Shown: positions 1 through 8,750 of the stretch, piece by piece
Layout: each line of letters starts with the position of its first letter
Numbering within the stretch: position 1 is the stretch's first letter
Source of the DNA: a virus
Taxonomy: Duplodnaviria; Caudoviricetes
Virus record (IMG/VR): IMGVR_UViG_3300032290_000772
Span: 1 to 33,264 of that record
Reading direction: 5' to 3' (one strand)
DNA: 33,264 nucleotides
Translations under genes and position numbers: made by a program
Notes under the pieces: model-generated
Databases searched by the model: none
What the model was told of the DNA's origin: nothing
The model's input: only the letters and a program-made list of their open reading frames with translations

Positions 1-242
1 ATCGGCCCTTTTTCGCCTGCTTCTCGGGCTTCTTTCGGAATGTCCAAAGTAATGAAGCCGTCGTTCTGGTATCTGTCTTTTCCTTCTTTGTTTTCGAGTG
101 CCGTAGCGTCGAGATAAACGCTTTTGTCGTTCACGAATAGGTTATTCGCCGCAATCGGAATCGCGATGAAATCGGTCCCTTCTTTGGATGTAAATTGCTT
201 GACTCCGTGGAGCTTTAGCAGGTTGATTTTCAGTTTTTGCAT
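1..242 (-). CDS. Conserved small phage protein, truncated by the window edge (possible ssDNA-binding protein)
   Basis: Not in the ORF track. Manual translation from ATG at 242: MQKLKINLLKLHGVKQFTSKEGTDFIAIPIAANNLFVNDKSVYLDATALENKEGKDRYQNDGFITLDIPKEAREAGEKGP, open to base 1. A/C-rich leader. The YLD...D-x-Y-x-NDG...KEAREAGEKGP pattern resembles a widespread phage family; function is inference. Confidence 0.7.
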   Translation of the reverse strand, partial: MQKLKINLLKLHGVKQFTSKEGTDFIAIPIAANNLFVNDKSVYLDATALENKEGKDRYQNDGFITLDIPKEAREAGEKGP

Positions 243-292
243 GTTGGTTTAGTTGGTTTTTAATCTTGTGCAGGAGTATTCCGACAAATTTG

Positions 293-562
293 TTAGTGAT
301 CTGGATTGTTCGGCTTCTTGAGTTCATGGAGCGACCACTTGAGTTCGTCCCGGTAGTTGGACGCCTGCCCGTCTCGCCCATAGCCGCAGTAAGCGTCGGC
401 ACGCTCCCCGCGTAGCAGGGCGTCCACGAGCGCCTGAGCGTCCTCGTTGACGTTTTGCTGGAGCCTCAGTTCGTCGCGCAATGCCCATGCGGACAACCGC
501 CGAACAAGGCGCTGGATACAACGCCATACGGCGCTGCTTGGTGATTTCGATGGTCTATTCAT
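293..562 (-). CDS. Hypothetical phage protein
   Basis: 89 aa ORF overlapping 555..797 by 8 nt, part of a tidy leftward operon. Confidence 0.55.
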   Translation of the reverse strand: MNRPSKSPSSAVWRCIQRLVRRLSAWALRDELRLQQNVNEDAQALVDALLRGERADAYCGYGRDGQASNYRDELKWSLHELKKPNNPDH

Positions 563-797
563 GGCGTGTGTCAGCTTGGTCGTTCACCTCAGAGTTGGTT
601 TGTGCCCTCAATTTCTGTGCACGATGCCTGCAATTCTCGTCATTGTAGCGTTCAGCGTAAGCCTCAAGGAACTTCGCCGCAAGCCTCCGGTGCGGTTCTG
701 CCTTAGTCTCTCCGTTCTCGACGCAGTGGACGAATGCCCATGCGGCGTCAAATGCGAGCGCGTCTAGTTTTTCTTTCGGGGTTGCTTCTCTTGTCAT
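555..797 (-). CDS. Hypothetical phage protein
   Basis: 80 aa ORF with A/C-rich leader, tiled between neighbours. Confidence 0.6.
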   Translation of the reverse strand: MTREATPKEKLDALAFDAAWAFVHCVENGETKAEPHRRLAAKFLEAYAERYNDENCRHRAQKLRAQTNSEVNDQADTRHE

Positions 798-809
798 GGT
801 GTTAGTTGG

Positions 810-995
810 CTAGTCCCTGAAATCAGCATCGTTAGCGGCGAAAAATGCGCTACTATCGGCGCAATCGTCGTGCGCGCATGTTCCGTTCGGATATTGCACG
901 CCTTCATCATCAAGGTTTACGGCTTGATTGCAGACCTTGCAGCGGTCGCTGATTATCGTGTTCTTTCTGTTGAGTTCTGTTTTGCTGTTGTTCAT
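810..995 (-). CDS. Small Cys/His protein, possible zinc finger
   Basis: 61 aa with CKVC...CAHDDC; directly downstream of a leftward promoter. Confidence 0.6.
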   Translation of the reverse strand: MNNSKTELNRKNTIISDRCKVCNQAVNLDDEGVQYPNGTCAHDDCADSSAFFAANDADFRD

Positions 996-1000
996 GCCCT

Positions 1001-1029
1001 CTTCTACTTCCTCCCCTTCCCCCTGTCAA
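1001..1029 (-). promoter_or_regulatory. Leftward sigma70-like promoter, probably producing a leaderless mRNA
   Basis: Minus strand TTGACA (1029-1024), 17 nt, TAGAAG (1006-1001), 5 nt, ATG (995). Confidence 0.55.
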
Positions 1030-1203
1030 AGTCTTTTTTCACAAATTAACACAATTCAGCTATAAGCCGCATGGATGCTTGATTGCAGGGCGGTGGAAAG
1101 TTGGCTTGCCGTGGTTTATTTTGACGATAGACGGCGGAAAAGTGGCGTGAAAGAGCAGAAAAGTCTTGCCAGTAACGTGTCAATCAACGACATTGTTTGA
1201 CGT

Positions 1204-1437
1204 ATGCGAAACTGGAAAATACTAAAATGGGCTGAAAGGCCGAAACACACACACAAAATCGAATTTACCTGCACGAACTGCTGGGAAGATTCACAACTCG
1301 CCATTGCTGGGATGGTCATTGCTCAAATCGAAGACAGCCTCGTTTTCGACAGCGACCATTCGAGCCCTGACCAAATCGAATGCCCACATTGCCGGACGCA
1401 GCTCGAACTAGAAAAGGAGGTTGAAAATGTACGGTAA
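1204..1437 (+). CDS. Zinc-ribbon protein
   Basis: 77 aa with CTNC and CPHC pairs. Confidence 0.65.
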   Translation: MRNWKILKWAERPKHTHKIEFTCTNCWEDSQLAIAGMVIAQIEDSLVFDSDHSSPDQIECPHCRTQLELEKEVENVR

Positions 1438-2188
1438 GTTCCATTCATCGACCTTTACCGGCTCAATGCGCGGTTCCGGCCCTGTTGTATTTGCAGTTTG
1501 GGCTTACGTCGTCTCAAACACGAATCAGCACTCGGTTATCGAAATCAATCCCGAGGTCGTCGCGTTCCTTCTCGGTTGCACGCCCGCAGAAGTTGAGCAT
1601 GCAATCGAAACCCTTTGCGCTCCGGACCCGAAGAGCCGTTGCAAAGACAATGACGGGCGAAGGCTGCTAAAAGAGGGAGAGTTCCAATACTTCGTTCCGA
1701 CTCACAAGCACTATCGCGAAATGAAGACGACAGAGGAGAAGCGCGAATATAACCGCGTCAAAAAGCAGGAAGAGCGTCAAAGAAAGTCAAATGTCAAACG
1801 CGATGTCAAAAATGTCAATGATGTCAACACATCAGAAGCAGAAGCAGAAGCAGATTCATACCCAGAGTCAGAATCAAAAGCAGAAGCAATCTCTAAAAAT
1901 AATAATGATGATGGAAAGAAAGTTTCTTTTTCAATGCCAAGTCTCGAAGAGTTCACAGCATACTACGGGAAAGCAATGGAAGACGTGGACCTTGGAGAAC
2001 ACCTGATGCTCTCCGATTGGCTCCTAGAGCAACACAGCTATTGCTCGGACAAGTGGGCAGAACAGCCGGTCAATAACTGGAAAAGCCAGACCGGACGATT
2101 CACTCGACTCTATCGCGATTACTGGAACTTTACCAAACCAGTTGAGAAACCGGATGATGAAGGCGAAGACGATAACGGAGGATTTTAA
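1427..2188 (+). CDS. Phage replication initiator / replisome organiser-like protein
   Basis: AAGGAGG before ATG 1427; N-terminal winged-helix-like region, charged helix (REYNRVKKQEERQRK), repetitive linker (EAEAEA) and small C-terminal domain, the usual layout of lambda O-like initiators. Confidence 0.7.
   Translation: MYGKFHSSTFTGSMRGSGPVVFAVWAYVVSNTNQHSVIEINPEVVAFLLGCTPAEVEHAIETLCAPDPKSRCKDNDGRRLLKEGEFQYFVPTHKHYREMKTTEEKREYNRVKKQEERQRKSNVKRDVKNVNDVNTSEAEAEADSYPESESKAEAISKNNNDDGKKVSFSMPSLEEFTAYYGKAMEDVDLGEHLMLSDWLLEQHSYCSDKWAEQPVNNWKSQTGRFTRLYRDYWNFTKPVEKPDDEGEDDNGGF
1757..1932. repeat. Iteron-like repeats; candidate replication origin
   Basis: GTCAA at 1757, 1776, 1786, 1793, 1805, 1814 and 1823, then a (G/T)CAGAA 6-bp run from 1832 and an AT-rich tract at about 1893-1932. 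Confidence 0.5.
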
Positions 2189-2238
2189 CATGGACTGGAA
2201 GAAATTAAACGTGCGATTTGTAATCCTCATTACAAACG

Positions 2239-2266
2239 AAAGCCGCGATAACCACGCGGGCTTTTT
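2239..2266 (+). terminator. Intrinsic terminator after the replication gene
   Basis: AAAGCCGCG-ATAACCA-CGCGGGCTTT then TT, with one bulge. Confidence 0.5.
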
Positions 2267-2309
2267 GCTGCACTGATTGCACGCATTTTTGCCTTTTCCC
2301 AAAATAGTC

Positions 2310-2338
2310 TTGCAAGGATCGAGGAATTGAGCTAGAAA
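2310..2338 (+). promoter_or_regulatory. Sigma70-like promoter
   Basis: TTGCAA, 17 nt, TAGAAA, 11 nt before ATG 2350; -10 resembles the TAGAAG of the leftward promoter. Confidence 0.45.
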
Positions 2339-2349
2339 AGATTCAAATT

Positions 2350-2664
2350 ATGAACGGATTCACATATACAACAGACTGGGCAGAGACAATCAAACAGAGC
2401 TTTGCGAAACCTGATTCAGTAACGCACGCGGCAATCGTGAATCACACGATTACGAAAGAGCAGTGGGCGAGCGTTGTCACGAATCATTCAGCAACAGGAC
2501 ATCGATTTACAAATGAGGAACTAGAATCTCAATGGCAAAGCATGGTTATCGGTGGGCGGATTCACATCGAAGCACTTTGGCGAATGAACCAAGGGCAATT
2601 CCGTGCGTTTGTTCCTGCTATTCGCAAGGTATGCCAGTTGGTCGGTGAGAAATGCTTTTGGTAA
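2350..2664 (+). CDS. Hypothetical protein
   Basis: 104 aa ORF downstream of the promoter. Confidence 0.65.
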   Translation: MNGFTYTTDWAETIKQSFAKPDSVTHAAIVNHTITKEQWASVVTNHSATGHRFTNEELESQWQSMVIGGRIHIEALWRMNQGQFRAFVPAIRKVCQLVGEKCFW

Positions 2665-2668
2665 ATTT

Positions 2669-2962
2669 ATGAGCAACGAACAATGCAAATGGTGTGAGAA
2701 CAAAGCAGCAAGCAGGGGAGTGTGTAGCAAGCATTACGCCCGATGCGCTGCGTTAGTATCCGATGGCGCAAGCTGGGAAGTAATCATCGCCGGCGACGAG
2801 CCACAGCCCGGAAAGCGGGGACGACCGATGAAGACCGGGAGCGCATCATGGCTCGCGGAGAAGTATGACCAGTTAGCGGCAGACGTGATAAAGGCTATTG
2901 CGCTGATTTCACTCGGGAAAATTCACGAGGCGAAGATGGTGTTGATTGGGGAGAAGCCATGA
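2669..2962 (+). CDS. Putative zinc-binding, DNA-binding protein
   Basis: ATG 2669 follows the previous stop; CKWC...CSKH metal site and KRGRP AT-hook-like motif. Confidence 0.6.
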   Translation: MSNEQCKWCENKAASRGVCSKHYARCAALVSDGASWEVIIAGDEPQPGKRGRPMKTGSASWLAEKYDQLAADVIKAIALISLGKIHEAKMVLIGEKP

Positions 2963-2975
2963 ACGTAGAGCTAAA

Positions 2976-3040
2976 TTTATGCCTCATTGAGGCATAAAAA
3001 CAAAACAATGAGGCATAAAAACAAAACAATGAGGCATAAA
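2976..3040. repeat. 23-bp palindrome plus 21-bp tandem repeat
   Basis: TTTATGCCTCA-T-TGAGGCATAAA (2976-2998); TGAGGCATAAA recurs at 2988, 3009 and 3030. Confidence 0.95.
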
Positions 3041-3286
3041 GCAATACAGGATGGTGTGGCAGAGGCATTTGATTACTGGCTCTCGCATCATGACGTATCA
3101 ACTCCAGAATGCAGCATGATAGCAATCGAGAAAGCATTCTACGATTGGCTTTGTCGCAATTCAGACGATTTGATAGAGAAACGGGCAATGAAAGTGGCAG
3201 AGAGGGTTGCGAAATCATCTCAAAAGCTAGAAATGTCCGATTTTGTCGCAAAGGAGAGGCAAAATGACCAAAATTCTCAATACTGA
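3008..3286 (+). CDS. Hypothetical protein, start uncertain (2987, 3008 or 3029)
   Basis: ORF whose 5' end lies inside the tandem repeat. Confidence 0.5.
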   Translation: MRHKNKTMRHKAIQDGVAEAFDYWLSHHDVSTPECSMIAIEKAFYDWLCRNSDDLIEKRAMKVAERVAKSSQKLEMSDFVAKERQNDQNSQY

Positions 3287-3408
3287 TACCCCCGGCTTAA
3301 CCAGTATTCTCATTTTTGAGACAGCCTAGGGTTCATCTCTCTCCCTTCACTTTTTTAAATTTGGCTCAAATACCGGCTTTACCGCCATCCACTTGCAATA
3401 AGCCATAA

Positions 3409-4017
3409 ATGCCACGATTCGTTTCATCATACGGGGAAGTAGCCAAGCAACTTGGAGTAAGTCGCCAAGCCATAGTGAATTGGCGCAAGGCTCACCCTGA
3501 CTCTCCGGCGCAGCTACCGAATGGCGACCATGATGTAAGTAAATGGCGGGAATTTGTAAAAATCAAGGGACTAGGCCAGAGAGACGACGAGCTGCCGACA
3601 AACATCAGAGACACGGACGGCGATGATGATGAAGGGCCAGTGACTAAAGAAGACTGGAATTGCGCCCTAATCAGAGAGAAAGTCCGACGCGAGCGGATTA
3701 AAGCGGACCTAGAGAGTCAGAAAGCCGTTTTAGTTGACGACCTAGAAGCCAACCTCGGCGGGCTACTTGCAGCGGTGCAAAACGGAATGGATTCCTTCCC
3801 CGATAGAGCGGCTCCAATGGTTCAAGGCTTTAGCGACGTTCCCGAAATCTCGCGTATCCTCCACGGCGAAATGCAAAGCACGCTCGGCGCATTGCAGGTT
3901 GCGGACTTTGAGAAAGCCATAGAGGAAACGCCGGAACACCTGAGAGACGAAGTTCTCGCAGCTTTGAAACGGATTGGCGGGTTTTACCTTAACAGAACAC
4001 AGATAATCGAAACATGA
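3409..4017 (+). CDS. Terminase small subunit (lambda Nu1-like)
   Basis: N-terminal HTH (EVAKQLGVSRQAIVNW), coiled coil followed by an LV motif, located upstream of the large terminase. Confidence 0.8.
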   Translation: MPRFVSSYGEVAKQLGVSRQAIVNWRKAHPDSPAQLPNGDHDVSKWREFVKIKGLGQRDDELPTNIRDTDGDDDEGPVTKEDWNCALIREKVRRERIKADLESQKAVLVDDLEANLGGLLAAVQNGMDSFPDRAAPMVQGFSDVPEISRILHGEMQSTLGALQVADFEKAIEETPEHLRDEVLAALKRIGGFYLNRTQIIET

Positions 4018-4292
4018 ACACTATAAAATCACTTCCGCCACGAACAGCCCGCGTCCACGTTTATGACTTACTACTAGAAAACGGGCGTGAAATTACAATG
4101 ACGGAAAACCTGACTTGGCATGGAGAGGTTTGGATTAGAAGCGATGCCGACATGGAACCGCTTTATAAGCTACACGCATCTGATTCTTGGGCATATATTG
4201 AAGGTGGAATGTTTCAGTTTATAGGCAAAAACGAAAACGCAACTTCGCTAAGTGATATTGCGAAAAAAGGCGGAATAATAGAATTGCCGTGA
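4014..4292 (+). CDS. Hypothetical protein inserted between the terminase subunits
   Basis: 92 aa, 4-nt overlaps at both ends, more AT-rich than its flanks. Confidence 0.65.
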   Translation: MNTIKSLPPRTARVHVYDLLLENGREITMTENLTWHGEVWIRSDADMEPLYKLHASDSWAYIEGGMFQFIGKNENATSLSDIAKKGGIIELP

Positions 4293-6379
4293 TAAACTAC
4301 CGATCAGCTGCCGAAGTCCTAAAGCGCATTCAGCGTGACATTATCCGCCCGCGTCCGTTGCTGAAGTATTGGGAGTGGGCAGACAAGCACGTCTCTATTC
4401 CCCACGAAGCAAGCGGACCCATGCCGGGGAGACTCAACACCGGACGCTTCCCCGTGTTTCGCGGATTGTTCGATTTAGCGCAACAGGGACACGTTCACTT
4501 CATTTCCCTTTGCGCTTCGATTCGCGTAGGTAAGACTCTGTTTTCCATCATCGTCATGCTTTATTGGCTAGCGGAGAAAGCCGGTAGTGCGGTATGGCTT
4601 GACCCATCGGGAGGGAGCGCGAAGAAAGTCAGCAAGTCGGAAATCGACCCGTTCATTCAGCTTTGCGAGCCGGTTAAACGCTTGGCAATTATCGGGCGGA
4701 CAACGTGGACTAGCCTTTGGAAAACATTCAAGGGCAAAATCCTTCGGTTCATCGGCGCGGGCGAAGAGGCAAACTTGCACGGATTCAACGCAGAGCTTGC
4801 TATCATTAACGAGTTCGATTCGTGCAAGCAGGCCGTCGTGAAGAAAAAGGCGAGCGAGGACGGAAAAGAGGACTCGTCATCGGCTGACAAGATAATCGGA
4901 CGCACGCAGCTTTTCCCGTTCACACGGAAAATAATCGAGAACAGTTCACCTCGGCAGGCTGGCGAGTTTTCCCCGATATGGCAGAGCTTTCTGCGCGGGA
5001 GTCAGCACTATTGCTATTTGCCGTGCCCGCATTGCAGCGCGGAGGCTAAGGCGATAGGGAACGCTAGGCCATTGCCGGAAAAGATGCCGGTCGGATGGAG
5101 CAAGGAAAGCATGGATCTGCACCTTGCAGGCTGGCAGCGTTTGGTTTTCACGAATGACCCCGCTTATCAGCCCGCGAAGCACCTTCCATTTGACCACGAC
5201 TTAATGCCAATCGAGGGCACGATGGAGGAGCGGCTTGGAAGAATCGACTTTTCATGCGCGGAGATATGGGCCGAAGCAATATCACCGCAGGATGCGACGA
5301 AAACAATCCGAGTCAAAACCGGATATGACCAAGATAAAGTAGAGCATCAGACCACGTATCAATGCGGGCACTGCGGAAAGCAAATTGAGCAACAGTCACT
5401 TCGCTGGATGCTGAATCGATACCGCTGGCAGGCGCACAATCCTAGCGCACCAAAAGACCGCATTTCCGCTCATTTGTGGCGAGGATACGCACCTCCGGAA
5501 CTTGGCGGAGGATGGAACCACATCGCGAAGGCGTTTCTTGAAGCGAAGTCAGACATTGGGAAGCTGATAACCTTCACGAACATGAGCCTTGGGTTGCCTT
5601 TCATTCGTGCAGGGGCGGCGATTAACGAAGGCGACCTTGACCGCGTTCTGGCGAGAACCCCGATGAGATATGTGAAGGGGCAAATCCCGCGAATGCCGGA
5701 GATGCTGACAATCACGGCGGACAAGCAAAAGGACCACCTTTACTACGTCATACGGGCATGGGGAGTCATATGGGAATCACCGGACATGCCGACTTGGAGT
5801 GCGCTTGTCGATTGGGGAACTGCGATGAGTATGGACGAGTTGACCGTTCTCGCCGGCGAGAAGCCGGACGGAAGCGGGAAGTATCGCACGTTCACCTACA
5901 CGGAGAACGAAAAGACATACGAGTTCCGTTGCATCGCCGGATTGATTGACTCCGGCAACGACCAAGACGTTGTTTTCGAGTTTTGCCACAAGCGCACCCG
6001 CATTTTCGACCCGTATCGCGGAAGCGGACCAGTGCAAACAAACTGGAATCGTATTCGTCCGCGTGACGTGTATGACGACCAGCTCAAACTTTGGCTTTGT
6101 TGGTCCAGTCACTACGCGGAAAGGCTGTATTACGACTGCATCAAATACGGACAGGCCGGAGATGACCCCGTTTATTGGTGGCTACCCGTCAACATAGACG
6201 ATGAATACAAGCATCAACTCACGGACGAATACAAAGACGGTGACGAGTGGGTATCACGCCGAAAGATGAACCACCTTGGCGACTGCGAGAAGATGCAACT
6301 CCCGCTTTCGGAGCTTGTGGAAAGCCGATTGACACTATTACGAGAAAAACGTAGAAACGAGAAAACAGAACAGAAATGA
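4289..6379 (+). CDS. Terminase large subunit, lambda GpA family
   Basis: EWADKH N-terminus, Walker A RVGKT, Walker B-like IINEFD, SSP motif, PCPHC and YQCGHC, TFTN..LG.PF, nuclease motifs TADKQ, IDSG and NHLGDCE. Confidence 0.92.
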   Translation: MINYRSAAEVLKRIQRDIIRPRPLLKYWEWADKHVSIPHEASGPMPGRLNTGRFPVFRGLFDLAQQGHVHFISLCASIRVGKTLFSIIVMLYWLAEKAGSAVWLDPSGGSAKKVSKSEIDPFIQLCEPVKRLAIIGRTTWTSLWKTFKGKILRFIGAGEEANLHGFNAELAIINEFDSCKQAVVKKKASEDGKEDSSSADKIIGRTQLFPFTRKIIENSSPRQAGEFSPIWQSFLRGSQHYCYLPCPHCSAEAKAIGNARPLPEKMPVGWSKESMDLHLAGWQRLVFTNDPAYQPAKHLPFDHDLMPIEGTMEERLGRIDFSCAEIWAEAISPQDATKTIRVKTGYDQDKVEHQTTYQCGHCGKQIEQQSLRWMLNRYRWQAHNPSAPKDRISAHLWRGYAPPELGGGWNHIAKAFLEAKSDIGKLITFTNMSLGLPFIRAGAAINEGDLDRVLARTPMRYVKGQIPRMPEMLTITADKQKDHLYYVIRAWGVIWESPDMPTWSALVDWGTAMSMDELTVLAGEKPDGSGKYRTFTYTENEKTYEFRCIAGLIDSGNDQDVVFEFCHKRTRIFDPYRGSGPVQTNWNRIRPRDVYDDQLKLWLCWSSHYAERLYYDCIKYGQAGDDPVYWWLPVNIDDEYKHQLTDEYKDGDEWVSRRKMNHLGDCEKMQLPLSELVESRLTLLREKRRNEKTEQK

Positions 6380-6888
6380 GGGACCACGACACCAGCGATG
6401 ACCCCCGCGCAAGCTACATGCCAAGCATGGATGTTGACTCCACGGCAGACTTGGTGCATGAGCCTTTCGCGGAGTATCACGGACCTATTCCGACAGACCG
6501 CAGGCAGTGGCACGCGCTGACTCGGGAGCTTGTTGAGGCTGGAGTTGCTCAAATCGAACCGCATTCAGGGCAGGATAATAGCCGCGTGGCAATGGAGCTA
6601 TTGCGAGCGATAACAAAAGACACGGACCGACGCTTTGCCGTTCGCGCAACGCTCTACCTACGCCTTTTGCGAATCGAGGGCCGCAGCCTTGCGGAAATCG
6701 GGAAAGACTTTGGGCTTGAACGAGCGAGCATCAGCCACACATATCGGCAAATCAAGGCACTTCACCCCGGCATTCACAACCCCGCAGACAAGTCGGAAGA
6801 ATACTGCGAGGAAGCGGCATTAAGGCGGCAAGGCAAGCGGAAGATGCGCGAAAAGCCGAAGTGGAAGCCGACGTTTTACATACCATGA
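6376..6888 (+). CDS. HTH protein resembling sigma70 region 4
   Basis: SLAEIGKDFGLERASISHTYRQI helix-turn-helix; basic C-terminal tail. Confidence 0.65.
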   Translation: MRDHDTSDDPRASYMPSMDVDSTADLVHEPFAEYHGPIPTDRRQWHALTRELVEAGVAQIEPHSGQDNSRVAMELLRAITKDTDRRFAVRATLYLRLLRIEGRSLAEIGKDFGLERASISHTYRQIKALHPGIHNPADKSEEYCEEAALRRQGKRKMREKPKWKPTFYIP

Positions 6889-6967
6889 TTGAAGCAATCC
6901 AAACAGTGTTATTATGGGTAATAGTCGTATTACTCTGGCACATCGCAGACGTCTTAAATACAAAACT

Positions 6968-7519
6968 ATGAATCAACTCAGCCTCTCATTCTACGACGAA
7001 GCAGCCCTCAAAAAGATGCCGGAAACGGACATCATCGACGCCATTCTCGGACGGTATGCGCCCTTGGAGCGTAACATCATGCCCGCAGCAATGGCAGCGG
7101 TTGGGGCGGCGATTCAGTCCACAGCCGGACTAGGGCAGCTATTGGAGGAGATTTACCAGCGACACAAGGGCGGGAAATGGGAAGAGATTTACGCCAAGCT
7201 CAACATGCCGTTCACGTTTGTTCAGGCGAACCGATTCCGCCGGCAATGGGTTAACCGCGACAAGGTGATTTTTGCGAGCGAACCTTCCCCGCTGGCACTC
7301 ACAAACGCTTACCGCCACGCGGAGCTATTGCCAGAACCGGAACCGCAGCCAAAAAGCGATTTGCCTCCGATGCCGTTCACGCTCAAGTTTTCGTTTGACA
7401 CTTCGCGAGAAGTCAACACTTGGGGAAAAGAGAACGTGGTGGACTTTTTACAGCGCACGGAGAAAATTGAGGTTTTGAGGACAAAGGCAAAGGCGTTTAT
7501 TTCAAATGGAGCAAAATGA
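6968..7519 (+). CDS. Hypothetical protein, DUF3102-like
   Basis: GQLLEE...HKGGKWEE...FTFVQANRF resembles the DUF3102 pattern; alternative start at 6914. Confidence 0.45.
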   Translation: MNQLSLSFYDEAALKKMPETDIIDAILGRYAPLERNIMPAAMAAVGAAIQSTAGLGQLLEEIYQRHKGGKWEEIYAKLNMPFTFVQANRFRRQWVNRDKVIFASEPSPLALTNAYRHAELLPEPEPQPKSDLPPMPFTLKFSFDTSREVNTWGKENVVDFLQRTEKIEVLRTKAKAFISNGAK

Positions 7520-8499
7520 AAACATTCACTAAAAAGAGCGTAACAGAACAGTTCTCCCGCAAGTTTCCTAATCACGGAAACCTCACGCTTGCAAAGGCAA
7601 TGATAAGGACACACCCGACGCTTTTTCCGTCGCTAAACGCAGCATATTGCTCGGTGCGGAGAGTAAGAGGAGTGAAAGGAAACGAGGATAGAAAATGCGC
7701 GACAGACAAAAAGCCTTTGCGGTTTTCGGAGCAAATGCCGCCGTCTAAAATCGAGAAGCGTGAAGACTTCGTGATTGATTCAAAAGAGCGCATTCTTGTT
7801 TTGTCAGACATTCACTTTCCGCATCACTCAACCGAAGCGTTGCAAGCGGCGATTGAATACGGACAGAAGATAAAGCCGACAATCGTTTATTTAAACGGAG
7901 ACACGGTGGAGAACTACGCGCTTTCACGATGGGAGCCGGACCCTCGGAAACGAGACTTGGCCGAAGAAATCAAACTGGCAAGGCAGGGGTTGCGATGGAT
8001 ACGTGAGCGGTTCAAAAAGGCGCGGATTGTGTTCAAGCACGGAAACCACGAGGCGCGGAGTGAGGATTATTTGAAACGGAAAGCACCGGAACTTCTAGGA
8101 GTTGAGGATTTCCAGCTTAGTCGTTTGCTACGCTTTGACGACCTCGGGATTGAAGAAGTGGAACTTTTGCAGGTGGCAAAGTTTGGCAAGCTCAACGTGA
8201 TTCACGGGCACGAGCTACCGAAGGGAATCAGCAATCCAGTGAACGCAGCGCGTGGAATGTTTTTGCGCTTGTCGGAGACTTCGATGTGTGGGCACTTCCA
8301 TCAAACTAGTCAGCATACGGAGGCGCGGGGAATTAAAAAAGAGGTTGTTTCATGCTGGACAACGGGTTGCCTCTGCGGATTGCAACCGGATTACGCAATC
8401 ATCAATAAATGGAATCACGGATTCGCGACGGTCGAGACGGAAACAGTCGGAGACTTTGAGGTTAAGAATCTGAAAATCATCGGCGGAAAGGTGTTCTAA
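7516..8499 (+). CDS. Calcineurin-like metallophosphoesterase
   Basis: All five metal motifs present: SDIH, NGD, GNHE, HGH, GHFH. Confidence 0.9.
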   Translation: MKTFTKKSVTEQFSRKFPNHGNLTLAKAMIRTHPTLFPSLNAAYCSVRRVRGVKGNEDRKCATDKKPLRFSEQMPPSKIEKREDFVIDSKERILVLSDIHFPHHSTEALQAAIEYGQKIKPTIVYLNGDTVENYALSRWEPDPRKRDLAEEIKLARQGLRWIRERFKKARIVFKHGNHEARSEDYLKRKAPELLGVEDFQLSRLLRFDDLGIEEVELLQVAKFGKLNVIHGHELPKGISNPVNAARGMFLRLSETSMCGHFHQTSQHTEARGIKKEVVSCWTTGCLCGLQPDYAIINKWNHGFATVETETVGDFEVKNLKIIGGKVF

Positions 8500-8500
8500 A

Positions 8501-8746
8501 ATGCCACGCGCCCCGAAGATAGTTGAGCGCAAACTTGGACGAGAACGAGCGGACGGGCTTTATCATTCAGACGGGCTGATTGAGATAGACGAGCGACTAA
8601 AGGGCAAGGCGAGACTCGACACGTTGATTCACGAACTGGTTCACAGTTTCGACCATTCGCTCACAGAGGAATACGTCACGAAGCTGGCGACGTATATAGC
8701 CGATAACCTTTATCGCAATCGGATTAGAGTTATCGAATCAGATTAG
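8501..8746 (+). CDS. Small HExxH zincin-like protein
   Basis: GLY...IEID...TLIHELVH pattern of minimal phage metallopeptidases. Confidence 0.7.
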   Translation: MPRAPKIVERKLGRERADGLYHSDGLIEIDERLKGKARLDTLIHELVHSFDHSLTEEYVTKLATYIADNLYRNRIRVIESD

Positions 8747-8750
8747 TTTT

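Noticed and set aside
2988-3040. Possible mini CRISPR array, given the Cas4-like gene
   Set aside because: Units are identical 21-mers without unique spacers, there are no other cas genes, and Cas4-like nucleases are common RecT partners in phages.
3286-3360. cos site immediately upstream of terS
   Set aside because: Position and pyrimidine tract are suggestive, but no symmetric cosN-like sequence could be identified; terminus data are needed.
5036-5362. Intein in the large terminase
   Set aside because: No C-terminal HN-C/S/T splice motif or homing endonuclease motifs.
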